Source: Ruminococcus sp. (GTDB lineage: Bacteria; Bacillota; Clostridia; Oscillospirales; Acutalibacteraceae). Taken from it: DNA of 60,895 bases. Under the pieces are notes generated by a model. That model ran no database searches, had not been told where the DNA came from, and saw only the letters and a program-made list of their open reading frames with translations. Location of the stretch: assembly GCA_045535715.1 (NCBI GenBank), contig JAZSME010000070.1, forward strand, positions 1 to 60,895, given 5' to 3'. Made by a program: the position numbers and the translations under genes. Each line of letters starts with the position of its first letter. Positions within the stretch are counted from its first letter, which is position 1. Shown here one piece after another: positions 1-9,193 of this stretch.

Positions 1-1272
1 GCTGCTTGTAAGGAACAGCATGTTGGCGTAATCGGTGCTAATAACAGGGGTTTCGATTCAACCATCGGCTGTGCTTTCGACCAGAATCTTGCTGATGTTG
101 CTTGTGTATCCTGCGGTCAGTGTACTGTAGTTTGTCCCACAGGCGCTCTCGTTGTTAAGGACGAGACAACAAAGGTTCTCGAGGCTATTGCTGATCCCGA
201 GAAGATCGTTATCGTTCAGACTGCTCCCGCAGTAAGAGCTGCTCTCGGTGAGGAGTTCGGTCTTCCCATGGGCACAAACGTTGAGGGCAAGATGGTAGCT
301 TCTCTCCGTCGTCTGGGCTTTGACAAGGTATTCGACACCAACTTTGGTGCTGACCTTACAATCCTCGAGGAGGGCACAGAGTTCATTCATCGTGTTAAGA
401 ACGGCGGCGTTCTTCCCATGATCACATCCTGCTCACCCGGCTGGGTTAAGTTCTGCGAGCACTACTATCCCGACCTTATTCCCAACCTCTCCACCTGTAA
501 GTCTCCCCAGCAGATGACAGGTGCTATCATCAAGAGCTACTACGCTGAGAAGGAAGGCATCGATCCCGAGAAGATCGTCAGCGTTTCCGTAATGCCCTGT
601 ACTGCTAAGAAGTTCGAGCATAAGCGTGATAATGAAGGCAGAAACGGCCTTCAGGATGTAGATATCGTTATCACAACAAGAGAGCTTGCTGAGCTTATTA
701 AGAGAGCAGGTCTCCAGTTTACAGAGCTTCCCGATGAAGAGTACGATCCCGCTCTCGGTCTCTTTACCGGTGCAGCTGTTATCTTCGGTGCAACCGGCGG
801 CGTTATGGAAGCTGCTCTTCGTTCCGTAGCTGACATTCTCTCCGGCGAGGACTTAAAGCAGGTTGACTACGAAGAGGTCAGAGGCACAGAGCCCATCAAG
901 TATGCTACCTACGATGTAGCAGGCATGAAGGTTAAGGTTGCTGTTACTTCCGGTCTTTCCAATGCTGCTAAGCTTCTCGACGAGATCAGAGCAGGCAAGG
1001 CAGACTATCAGTTTGTTGAGATCATGTGCTGTCCCGGCGGCTGTGTAAACGGCGGCGGTCAGCCCGTAGTTCCTGCAGCAGTTCGCAACTTCACAGACAT
1101 CAAGAAGGAGCGTGCAAAGGTTCTCTACGCTGAGGACGCAGGCCTTCCCATGAGAAAGTCCCACGAGAGCCCCATCGTTAAGAAGCTCTATGAGGATTAT
1201 CTCGGCGAGCCCGGCAGCCACAAGGCTCACGAGCTTCTCCACACAACTTACGTTGAGAGAAAAATCAACTGA
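1..1272 (+). CDS. [FeFe]-hydrogenase group A catalytic subunit (HydA/HndD-like), 5'-truncated by window edge
   Basis: Frame is open from base 1 (AACKEQHVGVIG...CVSCGQCTVVCPTGAL, a [4Fe-4S] motif). H-cluster motifs TSCSPGW, MPCTAKKFE and EIMCCPGGCVNGGG are present, with the small-subunit tail RKSHESP...HELLHT. Confidence 0.95.
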   Translation, partial: AACKEQHVGVIGANNRGFDSTIGCAFDQNLADVACVSCGQCTVVCPTGALVVKDETTKVLEAIADPEKIVIVQTAPAVRAALGEEFGLPMGTNVEGKMVASLRRLGFDKVFDTNFGADLTILEEGTEFIHRVKNGGVLPMITSCSPGWVKFCEHYYPDLIPNLSTCKSPQQMTGAIIKSYYAEKEGIDPEKIVSVSVMPCTAKKFEHKRDNEGRNGLQDVDIVITTRELAELIKRAGLQFTELPDEEYDPALGLFTGAAVIFGATGGVMEAALRSVADILSGEDLKQVDYEEVRGTEPIKYATYDVAGMKVKVAVTSGLSNAAKLLDEIRAGKADYQFVEIMCCPGGCVNGGGQPVVPAAVRNFTDIKKERAKVLYAEDAGLPMRKSHESPIVKKLYEDYLGEPGSHKAHELLHTTYVERKIN

Positions 1273-1296
1273 TAAACTTCATATTTCTTTCTAAAA

Positions 1297-1333
1297 AAAG
1301 GCTTCCCGCCAAAAACGGGAAGCCTTTCCTTTT
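1297..1333 (+). terminator. Intrinsic terminator (possibly bidirectional)
   Basis: Stem AAAGGCTTCCCG/CGGGAAGCCTTT with T-rich tail, between convergent genes. Confidence 0.8.
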
Positions 1334-1340
1334 GCCTTTT

Positions 1341-1550
1341 TCAGCTACTTTCCCCTTGTCTCATTGCCTCTTTTGCAAACTCAGTATTGATACTGTCTGT
1401 GTTGTGAGGCTTTGCGGGATTTTTTGAGGATGTGGGAGCAATCTCGCTTTTTACCACGTTTTCAATAACTCCGTGAGTAAGCTCCTTTTTGTTTTCCTTG
1501 GGAAATTCCTCGGGGAAACGAGGGCTGCTTTCTTTCTTTACGCTATCCAT
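1341..1550 (-). CDS. Small hypothetical protein (69 aa)
   Basis: ORF with AAGGTGA RBS just upstream of ATG; fills the intergenic gap; no recognisable domain. Confidence 0.55.
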   Translation of the reverse strand: MDSVKKESSPRFPEEFPKENKKELTHGVIENVVKSEIAPTSSKNPAKPHNTDSINTEFAKEAMRQGESS

Positions 1551-1759
1551 AATATCACCTTTCTTTTCTATTATTATTTCCCCGAGTCTTCCTTTGATAA
1601 TTGGAAACTTATGTAATCAACCTTTGTTAAATCTTATTAAAAAGAAGAAATAAATTCATATTTTCATTGTATTTTGATTTCAAAAGGTGTAATATGTTAT
1701 GTGATAACTTTATGCGGTATTTTCGCTAATTTCTTCGGATTGTCCCAAAGGAGATTATT

Positions 1760-3118
1760 ATGAAGATCATTGTTGTAGGCTGCGGTAAAATAGGCAAAAC
1801 CATTATCGGAAGCCTTGTAAACGAAGGACACGAGGTTCTTGCTATTGACAATTCCTCCGAAACTGTGGAGGAGGTTACAAACCAATATGACGTTATGAGT
1901 ATTTGCGGTTCAGGTACTGACTGTGACATCCTTCTGGAGGCAGGCATCAAGAATACAGATATATTCCTCTCTGTCACAGGCTCAGACGAGTTCAATATGC
2001 TCAGCTGTTACATCGCAAGGACTCTGGGCGCACAGAACACAATTGCCAGAATCCGCGACAGAGCCTACACTCAGAATAACTTAAGCTTTCTTCAGCAGCA
2101 GCTGGGACTTTCAATGTCCATTAACCCTGAAAGATACGCTGCTCACGATATATATAATGTTCTCAAAATGCCCACTGCGGCTCACATCGAGACCTTCTCC
2201 ACCAGAAACTTCGAAATTATCGAGCTCGTTCTCAAGGAGGACTCTCCCCTGACGGGTATCCGTATGATGGATCTGAGAAAGCAGTATCCTGCAAAGTTCC
2301 TCATCTGCGCCGTTGAGCGTAACGACGAGGTCTTTATCCCCGACGGAAACTTCATTCTCGAAGAAGGAGACAGAATCGCTATCACAGCTGCTCCCACAGA
2401 GATTCTCAAGCTTCTCAGAAGCCTCAGGCTTGCAAAGAAGCAGGCGAAGAACGTTATGATCCTCGGTGCCAGCCGTATTGCATATTATCTTGCAAATATG
2501 CTCCTTGCCTCGGGAAGCAAGGTCACCATCATTGACAAAAATCCCGAGGTCTGCAAGGAGATCTCCGAGGCTCTGCCCGGAGCCACTATCATCCTCGGCG
2601 ACGGCGCTCAGCAGGATCTTCTCCACGAGGAAGGTCTCAACACAGTTGACGCCTTCGTTTCCCTGACAGGAATGGACGAGGAAAACATCCTCATCTCCTA
2701 CTACGCTTCCACTCAGGAGGTACCCAAGGTAGTCACAAAGGTAAACCGACACGAGTTCATCTCCCTTGCAACCAGAATGAACCTTGACACCATTATCTCC
2801 CCGAGAAAGGCGATTTCCGATGTTCTTGTACGATATGCACGTGCACTCCAGAACACCGTCGGCAGTAATGTTGAGAATCTTTACAAGATTATGGACGGAA
2901 ACGTTGAAGCCCTTAAATTCAAGGTTTCCGACGACTTTAAATATGTGGAAATGCCCCTTAAGGATTTACATTTCAAAAAGAAAATCCTGATTTCCGGAAT
3001 TCTCAGAAACCGCAAGGCAATTATCCCCTCAGGTAATGATTACTTCCTGCCCGGGGACAAGGTAATTGTAATCTCCTCAGGACACAGACTCTGTGACCTT
3101 GAAGACATCTTTGAATAA
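1760..3118 (+). CDS. trkA: Trk system potassium uptake regulatory subunit TrkA
   Basis: Two RCK units with Rossmann motifs IIVVGCGKIG and VMILGASRIA; 452 aa; AAGGAG RBS; adjacent to trkH. Confidence 0.95.
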   Translation: MKIIVVGCGKIGKTIIGSLVNEGHEVLAIDNSSETVEEVTNQYDVMSICGSGTDCDILLEAGIKNTDIFLSVTGSDEFNMLSCYIARTLGAQNTIARIRDRAYTQNNLSFLQQQLGLSMSINPERYAAHDIYNVLKMPTAAHIETFSTRNFEIIELVLKEDSPLTGIRMMDLRKQYPAKFLICAVERNDEVFIPDGNFILEEGDRIAITAAPTEILKLLRSLRLAKKQAKNVMILGASRIAYYLANMLLASGSKVTIIDKNPEVCKEISEALPGATIILGDGAQQDLLHEEGLNTVDAFVSLTGMDEENILISYYASTQEVPKVVTKVNRHEFISLATRMNLDTIISPRKAISDVLVRYARALQNTVGSNVENLYKIMDGNVEALKFKVSDDFKYVEMPLKDLHFKKKILISGILRNRKAIIPSGNDYFLPGDKVIVISSGHRLCDLEDIFE

Positions 3119-3132
3119 TCGGGAGTGTAATT

Positions 3133-4578
3133 ATGAACAGACATATGGTACTTTACACTCTCGGTCATATTGCCATGGCTGAGGCGGCACTACTTTCCTT
3201 TCCGCTTATAGTGGCTCTTCTTTACAAGGAGACCGCAGTTGTGACAAGCTTCCTCATAACCATTGCCGTAGCACTCCTCCTGGGCTTTCTTCTGAGGCTG
3301 GTAGCTAAGCCCTCAAGCAAGGTGATCTACGCCAAGGAAGGATTTGTTATCGTAGCTTTTGCGTGGACGCTTATGTCCCTTATAGGTGCTCTCCCCTTTA
3401 CCATTACAGGCGAGATACCCTCATATATCGATGCGGTTTTTGAGACCGTCAGCGGATTTACCACCACAGGTGCTTCCATCCTCACAAACGTGGAAGCAAT
3501 GAGCAAGGGTCTCCTCTTCTGGAGAAGCTTCACTCACTGGGTAGGCGGTATGGGTGTGCTCGTTTTCGTTATGGCTATTGTACCCAACATCGCTGACCGC
3601 TCCATTCACATTATGAGAGCAGAGATGCCGGGACCCGTTGTGGGTAAGCTGGTTCCAAAGGCTAGGGACACCGCAAAGATACTCTATCTCATTTATATTG
3701 CAATGACCGCTCTGCTGATAATTCTTCTCATGTGCGGCGGTATGCCTCTCTTTGAAAGCACTGTTCACGCTTTCGGTACAGCAGGCACCGGTGGCTTCGG
3801 TGTAAAAGGTGACAGCATCGCAGGGTATTCTCCCTATCTGCAGTGGGTAATCACTATATTTATGATCCTCTTCGGAATCAACTTTAACCTCTACTATCTG
3901 CTTCTCATAGGCAGACTCAAGTCTGTATTCAAAAGCACTGAGCTCTGGTTCTATCTCGGTACCGTTGCTCTTTCCATCAGCGCCATCACCATAAATATTC
4001 TGAATATGTACCAGAGCCTTTCAACCGCCGTGAGACACTCCGCCTTTCAGGTTGCCTCAATCATCTCAACCTCAGGCTTTGCTACCGTCGACTTCGACCG
4101 GTGGCCGGTGTTTTCAAAAACTATACTCCTGCTCCTGATGATTATGGGAGCCTGTGCAGGCCCCCCCGCCGGCGGACTCAAGGTTTCAAGAGTTGTCATT
4201 CTCCTGAAATCCATCAAAAGAGAGTTCAAAAAAATGCTTCATCCCCGCTCTGTCAGAGCTGTGAGTATGGAGGAAAAGGTTATGGACGATCAGGCTCTTT
4301 CAGGTGTTACCACCTATTTCTCCGTATATATGATGTGTCTTCTGGGCGTATTCCTGCTTCTGAGCTTCGAGCCCTTCTCCATCGAAACCAATCTCTCCGC
4401 CTCAATTGCATGCTTTAATAACATCGGACCCGGACTTGACTCTGTGGGACCTGCGATGAGCTACGCCGAGTACTCTCCCTTTTCAAAGATCCTTCTCTCC
4501 TTCACTATGCTTCTGGGAAGACTTGAGATCTACCCTTTGATTCTGGGACTCAACCCCACACTCTGGAAAAGAAGATAA
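3133..4578 (+). CDS. trkH: Trk system potassium uptake membrane protein TrkH
   Basis: Multi-TM; pore motifs SGFTTTG, GTGGF, STSGF and NNIGPG; C-terminal MLLGRLEI. Confidence 0.95.
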   Translation: MNRHMVLYTLGHIAMAEAALLSFPLIVALLYKETAVVTSFLITIAVALLLGFLLRLVAKPSSKVIYAKEGFVIVAFAWTLMSLIGALPFTITGEIPSYIDAVFETVSGFTTTGASILTNVEAMSKGLLFWRSFTHWVGGMGVLVFVMAIVPNIADRSIHIMRAEMPGPVVGKLVPKARDTAKILYLIYIAMTALLIILLMCGGMPLFESTVHAFGTAGTGGFGVKGDSIAGYSPYLQWVITIFMILFGINFNLYYLLLIGRLKSVFKSTELWFYLGTVALSISAITINILNMYQSLSTAVRHSAFQVASIISTSGFATVDFDRWPVFSKTILLLLMIMGACAGPPAGGLKVSRVVILLKSIKREFKKMLHPRSVRAVSMEEKVMDDQALSGVTTYFSVYMMCLLGVFLLLSFEPFSIETNLSASIACFNNIGPGLDSVGPAMSYAEYSPFSKILLSFTMLLGRLEIYPLILGLNPTLWKRR

Positions 4579-4614
4579 GAAAAAAGCACCGATCATTCGG
4601 TGCTTTCTTTTTTT
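4579..4614. terminator. Bidirectional intrinsic terminator
   Basis: Stem AAAGCACCGA/TCGGTGCTTT with flanking A and T tracts between convergent genes; overlaps the stop of 4593..5366. Confidence 0.75.
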
Positions 4615-5366
4615 ATGTATTCTATGTAGCTTTCTGTGCTCTCTTTGCTTCTTACGAGCATAGTCTCATAAACCTTTTGATGAAGTTCCTTTGCCTGCTC
4701 ACGACTGCTCTTTTCAGAGTCGGGATAGAAGGGACCGTCTATGTAAACTACCGCCTTGGGCTTTTTTGAAAAACGGCGCTTCTGATAGGTGACCGTCATT
4801 GAAAACACAGGGGCGGAAAACTTTACGGGATATCTGAAGGAGAGAGATGAAAAGGGTCTCAGGTCCTTAGCGTACTCCCAGACATGAGCCTCAGGATAGA
4901 TGGTGATGACCTTGTTTTCGCTGAGTCTCTCCTCCAAAGCTAAGGTGAACTTCTTCATTCCCGAGGGAGTATCGCTTAAAGGAAGCGCTCCCAGGAAAGG
5001 AAGAATTTTTCCGATAAAGGGAAGAGAGAAATTTGAAGGGGATACCACGGTATATATCCTTTTCGGGAATGCCGCAAGCGCGGGAATGAACACATCCCCC
5101 ACCGGCTGAGTGTGGTTTCCGTAGAGAAAAAAGCCCTTATTTTTCGCTTTTCTGAGCACCTTCCTGTTTTTATAGCTCACGTGGAGAAAGAGTTTTATAT
5201 AGAGACCTCCGAACACCACAGCAAGGGCATAGATAACCTTACTGCGAAGCTTTGAGAAAAAGTCCCTTCTGATATATTCGTAGTCCTCAGGAATTTTGTA
5301 ATCCTCTGAGCCTGCAGTCTCGAAGTCATCGGTGAAACTTTCGTAGTATCTTACCTTTTCTTTCAT
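4593..5366 (-). CDS. PlsC/LPLAT-family acyltransferase
   Basis: YGNHTQPVGD (HX5D variant of motif I) and IYPEAH motif. Confidence 0.8.
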   Translation of the reverse strand: MKEKVRYYESFTDDFETAGSEDYKIPEDYEYIRRDFFSKLRSKVIYALAVVFGGLYIKLFLHVSYKNRKVLRKAKNKGFFLYGNHTQPVGDVFIPALAAFPKRIYTVVSPSNFSLPFIGKILPFLGALPLSDTPSGMKKFTLALEERLSENKVITIYPEAHVWEYAKDLRPFSSLSFRYPVKFSAPVFSMTVTYQKRRFSKKPKAVVYIDGPFYPDSEKSSREQAKELHQKVYETMLVRSKESTESYIEYIKKESTE

Positions 5367-6241
5367 TTCTCTGACTCTTCCTTCTGAGGAATATAGCCTG
5401 CGATATCAGTATGGCTGAAATCGTAGGTAAGCTCTTTCTGATACACTCTCTCGTAGGCTTCCTTTTTAAGAGTATAGTCCGCCTCGCACATTCTGGCACT
5501 GTCTTCCCTTTCGCTCAGACTTTTGTCGGGATAAATTACGGGCAGGATGTGGAGTCTGTACTTTACTTTGAGGAAATTGTCCTTGTCGATTTCGTCCTTG
5601 TCGATCATCTCGATAAAGCAGGGAATTATGGGAGCTCTGAGCTTTGCGGCGTAGTAATAGGCGCCTCTCTTGATGGGCCTGGGCTTTCTGAAATTAAACC
5701 ACATCTCCTGCTCGGGATAAATCAGCACGTATTCTCCCTTACTGACAAGCCCTTCAAGAATATTCATAAATTCCCCTGTGAGGTACTTCTTGTTTCCGGA
5801 AATGGGAATTACATCGGAATAGTTGAGAAGGAAGCCCAGAATTCCGGGCATCAGGAAGTTTGTCTCCTGACTTACGATATTGATTCTTTTTCTCTTGAGC
5901 TTGTTGTGAACGAGGTATCTCACGCAGGTATTGTCAAGGGGGCTGAAGTGGTTGCAAGTAACAACCGCACCACCCTCAAGACCCTTGAGGTTTTCAAGCC
6001 CCACGATCTCGGTGTCCTTGTTGAGAATAGTTGTGGCGAGATTTGTAATGCGTCTTGCCACAAAGGATTTGAGCTTGAAGCTGAATTTCTTTGAATTTTC
6101 AAGGTAGCGGTTTACTATTGCGTCGCTCTCTTCTTTTGTAATCACAGGGTCGCTCAGCTCTACCTTTGCGCTGTATGTCTCATTCTCAAGGGCTTTTTTG
6201 ATATTTTCGATTACCTCTTCTCTTCTGTCTCCGATAATCAT
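5363..6241 (-). CDS. PlsC/LPLAT-family acyltransferase
   Basis: CNHFSPLD (HX4D), IYPEQEM, KRGAYYYA and PIIP motifs. Confidence 0.85.
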   Translation of the reverse strand: MIIGDRREEVIENIKKALENETYSAKVELSDPVITKEESDAIVNRYLENSKKFSFKLKSFVARRITNLATTILNKDTEIVGLENLKGLEGGAVVTCNHFSPLDNTCVRYLVHNKLKRKRINIVSQETNFLMPGILGFLLNYSDVIPISGNKKYLTGEFMNILEGLVSKGEYVLIYPEQEMWFNFRKPRPIKRGAYYYAAKLRAPIIPCFIEMIDKDEIDKDNFLKVKYRLHILPVIYPDKSLSEREDSARMCEADYTLKKEAYERVYQKELTYDFSHTDIAGYIPQKEESEK

Positions 6242-7194
6242 AATCTGATCTTCTCGCCTTTCTCAGCAATTTTTCTGAAGGTTATCTCATCCTCGGGAAT
6301 TGAGGCTCCGCGGCTTAAAAGTCTCTCAAGGCAAACTGCGTCGTACTTGAGCTTTTCCTCGTCGAAGCCATCCTTGTAGGCTCTCAGATCCTCGTAGTAG
6401 CCGCTGTACTTTGCGTAGTCCCAGAAGAGCTTTTCGTAGTGAAGACCCTCGTAGCACCAGGGTTTTGTGAAAAGGTTGTAGTGGACAAGCTTTGCGCCTT
6501 CGTCCTCGGGGATATCCTCTCTGGGCATGGTGTTCCATGTGGCATCGAGGTAGAAAATTCTGCCGTTGCAGATAGCGTTGATGTAGTCCTGATCAGGAGC
6601 GATTGAATCAAAGTGATATGTAGTGAGAAGTCTTAAGAAATGTGTGTCAAACTCCTCTTCTCTGAGAGCCTTCATATTGAGAAGAAGCACGCCTGAGTTG
6701 ATGTACTCCTCGCTCTTGACTCCCACCGCCTTCTCCATATACTCGGTGAAAACAGGCACATTGGCAACAGAAAGGTCACTGCATCCGCCCAGAAGGTTTT
6801 CTCCGAAATCAACCTTGAAAAGCTCCGCAATATCGGAATTCACAACCACGTCGCTGTCGATGTAGATTCCTTTGTCGTACATGGGGAACATCTTTGCAAT
6901 GAAAAGTCTAAAATAGATGGTGAGGGTGAAATAGTCGCATCTGATGCGGTTGGACATTCTGTCGGTGATCTCCTCAAGAGAGTCCTTCATGGGAGCAAAC
7001 TCAACCTTGAAATGCTCCTTTGCAAGGCTTCTCAGACGCTTCTTGTTTTCATCGGACAGCTCCTGATGAATAATGATAGCCTTGTAGTTATTTTCTTCAC
7101 TGGAATTATTTATCATTGAACTGAGGGCAACGGACAGAAAAGGAACATAGCCGTCGTCCACAGTAAAAAACACGGGGATTTCTTTGTTACTCAT
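6238..7194 (-). CDS. Glycosyltransferase family 8
   Basis: YFRLF, YIDSD (DxD), YINSGVLLLN, PDQDYIN and HYNLFTKPW. Confidence 0.9.
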   Translation of the reverse strand: MSNKEIPVFFTVDDGYVPFLSVALSSMINNSSEENNYKAIIIHQELSDENKKRLRSLAKEHFKVEFAPMKDSLEEITDRMSNRIRCDYFTLTIYFRLFIAKMFPMYDKGIYIDSDVVVNSDIAELFKVDFGENLLGGCSDLSVANVPVFTEYMEKAVGVKSEEYINSGVLLLNMKALREEEFDTHFLRLLTTYHFDSIAPDQDYINAICNGRIFYLDATWNTMPREDIPEDEGAKLVHYNLFTKPWCYEGLHYEKLFWDYAKYSGYYEDLRAYKDGFDEEKLKYDAVCLERLLSRGASIPEDEITFRKIAEKGEKIRL

Positions 7195-8057
7195 AATTTA
7201 TCTCCTTTTGATGATATTTCATAGCACTGCTTGATTCTCTGATATTCCTCAAGAAGTGAATCGTATTCGTTGATTTTCAGCACCTTGTGCATACGCTCGA
7301 TCTGCCAGGGCTTGGCGGTAACTGGGTGGATATAAGGAAACACTCTGAAGTGGGTGGTGAAATGCTGAATGACAGTTTTCTTTTTGAGTCTTCTCTGCTC
7401 ATTGAAGTGCCTCGGCGCATATCCCTTTGAAACAGCCAGTTTATTGATGGCTGACTGGTCGGGCAGGAGCATCTCCTTCTCTGCGCAGAGTCTTCTGCAC
7501 TTTGAAAAGAGTCCTGTCTCTCTGATCCTCTTAAGATTCAGAAGCAAGACACCTGAATTGAGATAATCCCTTCTGAGGAGCTTTCTTCGGAAGAAATGGG
7601 AACCGTAGTGGTCAAGCACCCCCACCACCTCCTTTTGCCCCATCTCCTGAAAATAAAAGGAAGAGATATCCTTTCGGCAAATTGTGTCGTTATCGAGATA
7701 GAGGATTCTTTCAGGAAGAGAAGGTATCTCGTCAGCAAAAAGCCTGAGCATACAACCGGGGGTGAATCGGGTGCGAAGATTGGAAAGGGGCAACTCCTTA
7801 ATAAACAGCTCTGAAGCATCTATAAGAGTGAGACTACTCTCAGGGTTTGCCTCTCTGAGCAAACCGTCGAGATAAGCTGCAAAGCTTTGGGAAAGGGGCT
7901 CGCAGGAATTTCCCTCGTGCTCGAATTTCAAAGTCATAACATAGACGTTGAGAGGATTTTCTGTATTTTTCATCAGGGAAAGAAGTGAAATCAGCAGACC
8001 GTCTGCAATATTCTTATCACCGCAGTAGAGAAGATTTATTTTGTTTTCACACATCAT
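7191..8057 (-). CDS. Glycosyltransferase family 8
   Basis: LRLF, YLDND, YLNSGVLLLN, PDQSAIN and HF...KPW. Confidence 0.88.
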   Translation of the reverse strand: MMCENKINLLYCGDKNIADGLLISLLSLMKNTENPLNVYVMTLKFEHEGNSCEPLSQSFAAYLDGLLREANPESSLTLIDASELFIKELPLSNLRTRFTPGCMLRLFADEIPSLPERILYLDNDTICRKDISSFYFQEMGQKEVVGVLDHYGSHFFRRKLLRRDYLNSGVLLLNLKRIRETGLFSKCRRLCAEKEMLLPDQSAINKLAVSKGYAPRHFNEQRRLKKKTVIQHFTTHFRVFPYIHPVTAKPWQIERMHKVLKINEYDSLLEEYQRIKQCYEISSKGDKL

Positions 8058-8072
8058 TTATCTCCTCTTTCC

Positions 8073-8747
8073 TCAGTTGATGATATAGAAAAAGATGCAG
8101 ACAAACTGCAGGATACTTCCCATTACAACAAAAATATGGAAAACAGAGTGCATATATCGATGCTTCTTGCCAATACCGTAAAGCACAGCTCCGATGGTGT
8201 AGGAAATTCCTCCGAAAAGAAGCCACATAAGACCTGCAAAGGGAATTGACTCGATTGCAACCTTGCCAGCAATAACGATGCACCAGCCCATACCGATGTA
8301 ACAGATCATAGAGAAGGTGCCGTATTTTTTATGGTCAATTGCTGCAAATACCGAGCCTATAACTGCACATCCCCAGACGAGACCGAAAATTGTCCATGCC
8401 CAAGCGGGAGAGGTTCTTCTGATTGAAACCAGAAGGATGGGAGTATATGTACCTGCTATGAGGTAGAAAATGGTGCAGTGATCAAGAACCTGCATAACCT
8501 TTTTAGGGAACTCGGGTCTGAGTCCGTGATAAAGGCTTGACATGGTGTAAAGGATAATCAGGGATGCTCCGTAGATGGCGCTTCCCACTATCGCCCAGGG
8601 ATCTCTATTGATTGATGAAAAAATCACGCAGAGGGCAAGGGCAACTACGCCGAAACCACCGCCCACAATGTGAGTTACCATATTGAAAACTTCCTCGCCC
8701 CGGGTGTAATCCGGCAGAAGTCTGTCACGAAGTTTTGTTCTGCTCAT
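8073..8747 (-). CDS. Hemolysin III / PAQR (TrhA-like) family 7-TM protein
   Basis: EEVFNMVTH, SSLYH, LDHCTIFYLIAGTYTP and HSVFHIF; GGAGG RBS. Confidence 0.92.
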   Translation of the reverse strand: MSRTKLRDRLLPDYTRGEEVFNMVTHIVGGGFGVVALALCVIFSSINRDPWAIVGSAIYGASLIILYTMSSLYHGLRPEFPKKVMQVLDHCTIFYLIAGTYTPILLVSIRRTSPAWAWTIFGLVWGCAVIGSVFAAIDHKKYGTFSMICYIGMGWCIVIAGKVAIESIPFAGLMWLLFGGISYTIGAVLYGIGKKHRYMHSVFHIFVVMGSILQFVCIFFYIIN

Positions 8748-8943
8748 ACAATTTACCTCCGTAAAAAATAAAACGCACCGAAGAACTCAAGATAAGTCAA
8801 GTTAAAAAGTAAAAGAAATCCCCTGAAGGAGACCTCCTTTATTCTTCATCTTTTCATAAACTCCGAGGTCAGGTGCCAAAGAATACTTCAGAAGCTTTCG
8901 TCATCCGAAAAGCGCCAAAATATTCCTTTTTGCTACGAGATAC

Positions 8944-8972
8944 ATTATAGCTCAGAATTGTTGAGGTATCAA
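8944..8972 (-). promoter_or_regulatory. Sigma-A-type promoter for the hlyIII-GT8-acyltransferase operon
   Basis: TTGATA-N17-TATAAT on the minus strand. Confidence 0.6.
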
Positions 8973-9193
8973 CCTACTTCTTGTTGACCACTCTAAACCG
9001 AGGGTTTTCTGTGGTGTAGAGTGGTGATTTTGCCACTCTACTCAGAGTAGAATGCCCCTTATTTGCGCATTTTGTGCATTGATTTCCCTTCTTTTTTATG
9101 GTATTATAAATAATGTTAAAAGTCGGGGGATCCCGATGCTGAATTTTAAGTTTGATTTTTATATATACCGACCCTTCAAAGAGGAGAAAAAAC

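Noticed and set aside
1560-1759. c-di-AMP riboswitch upstream of trkA
   Set aside because: Region is AT-rich and lacks the conserved ydaO-type stems.
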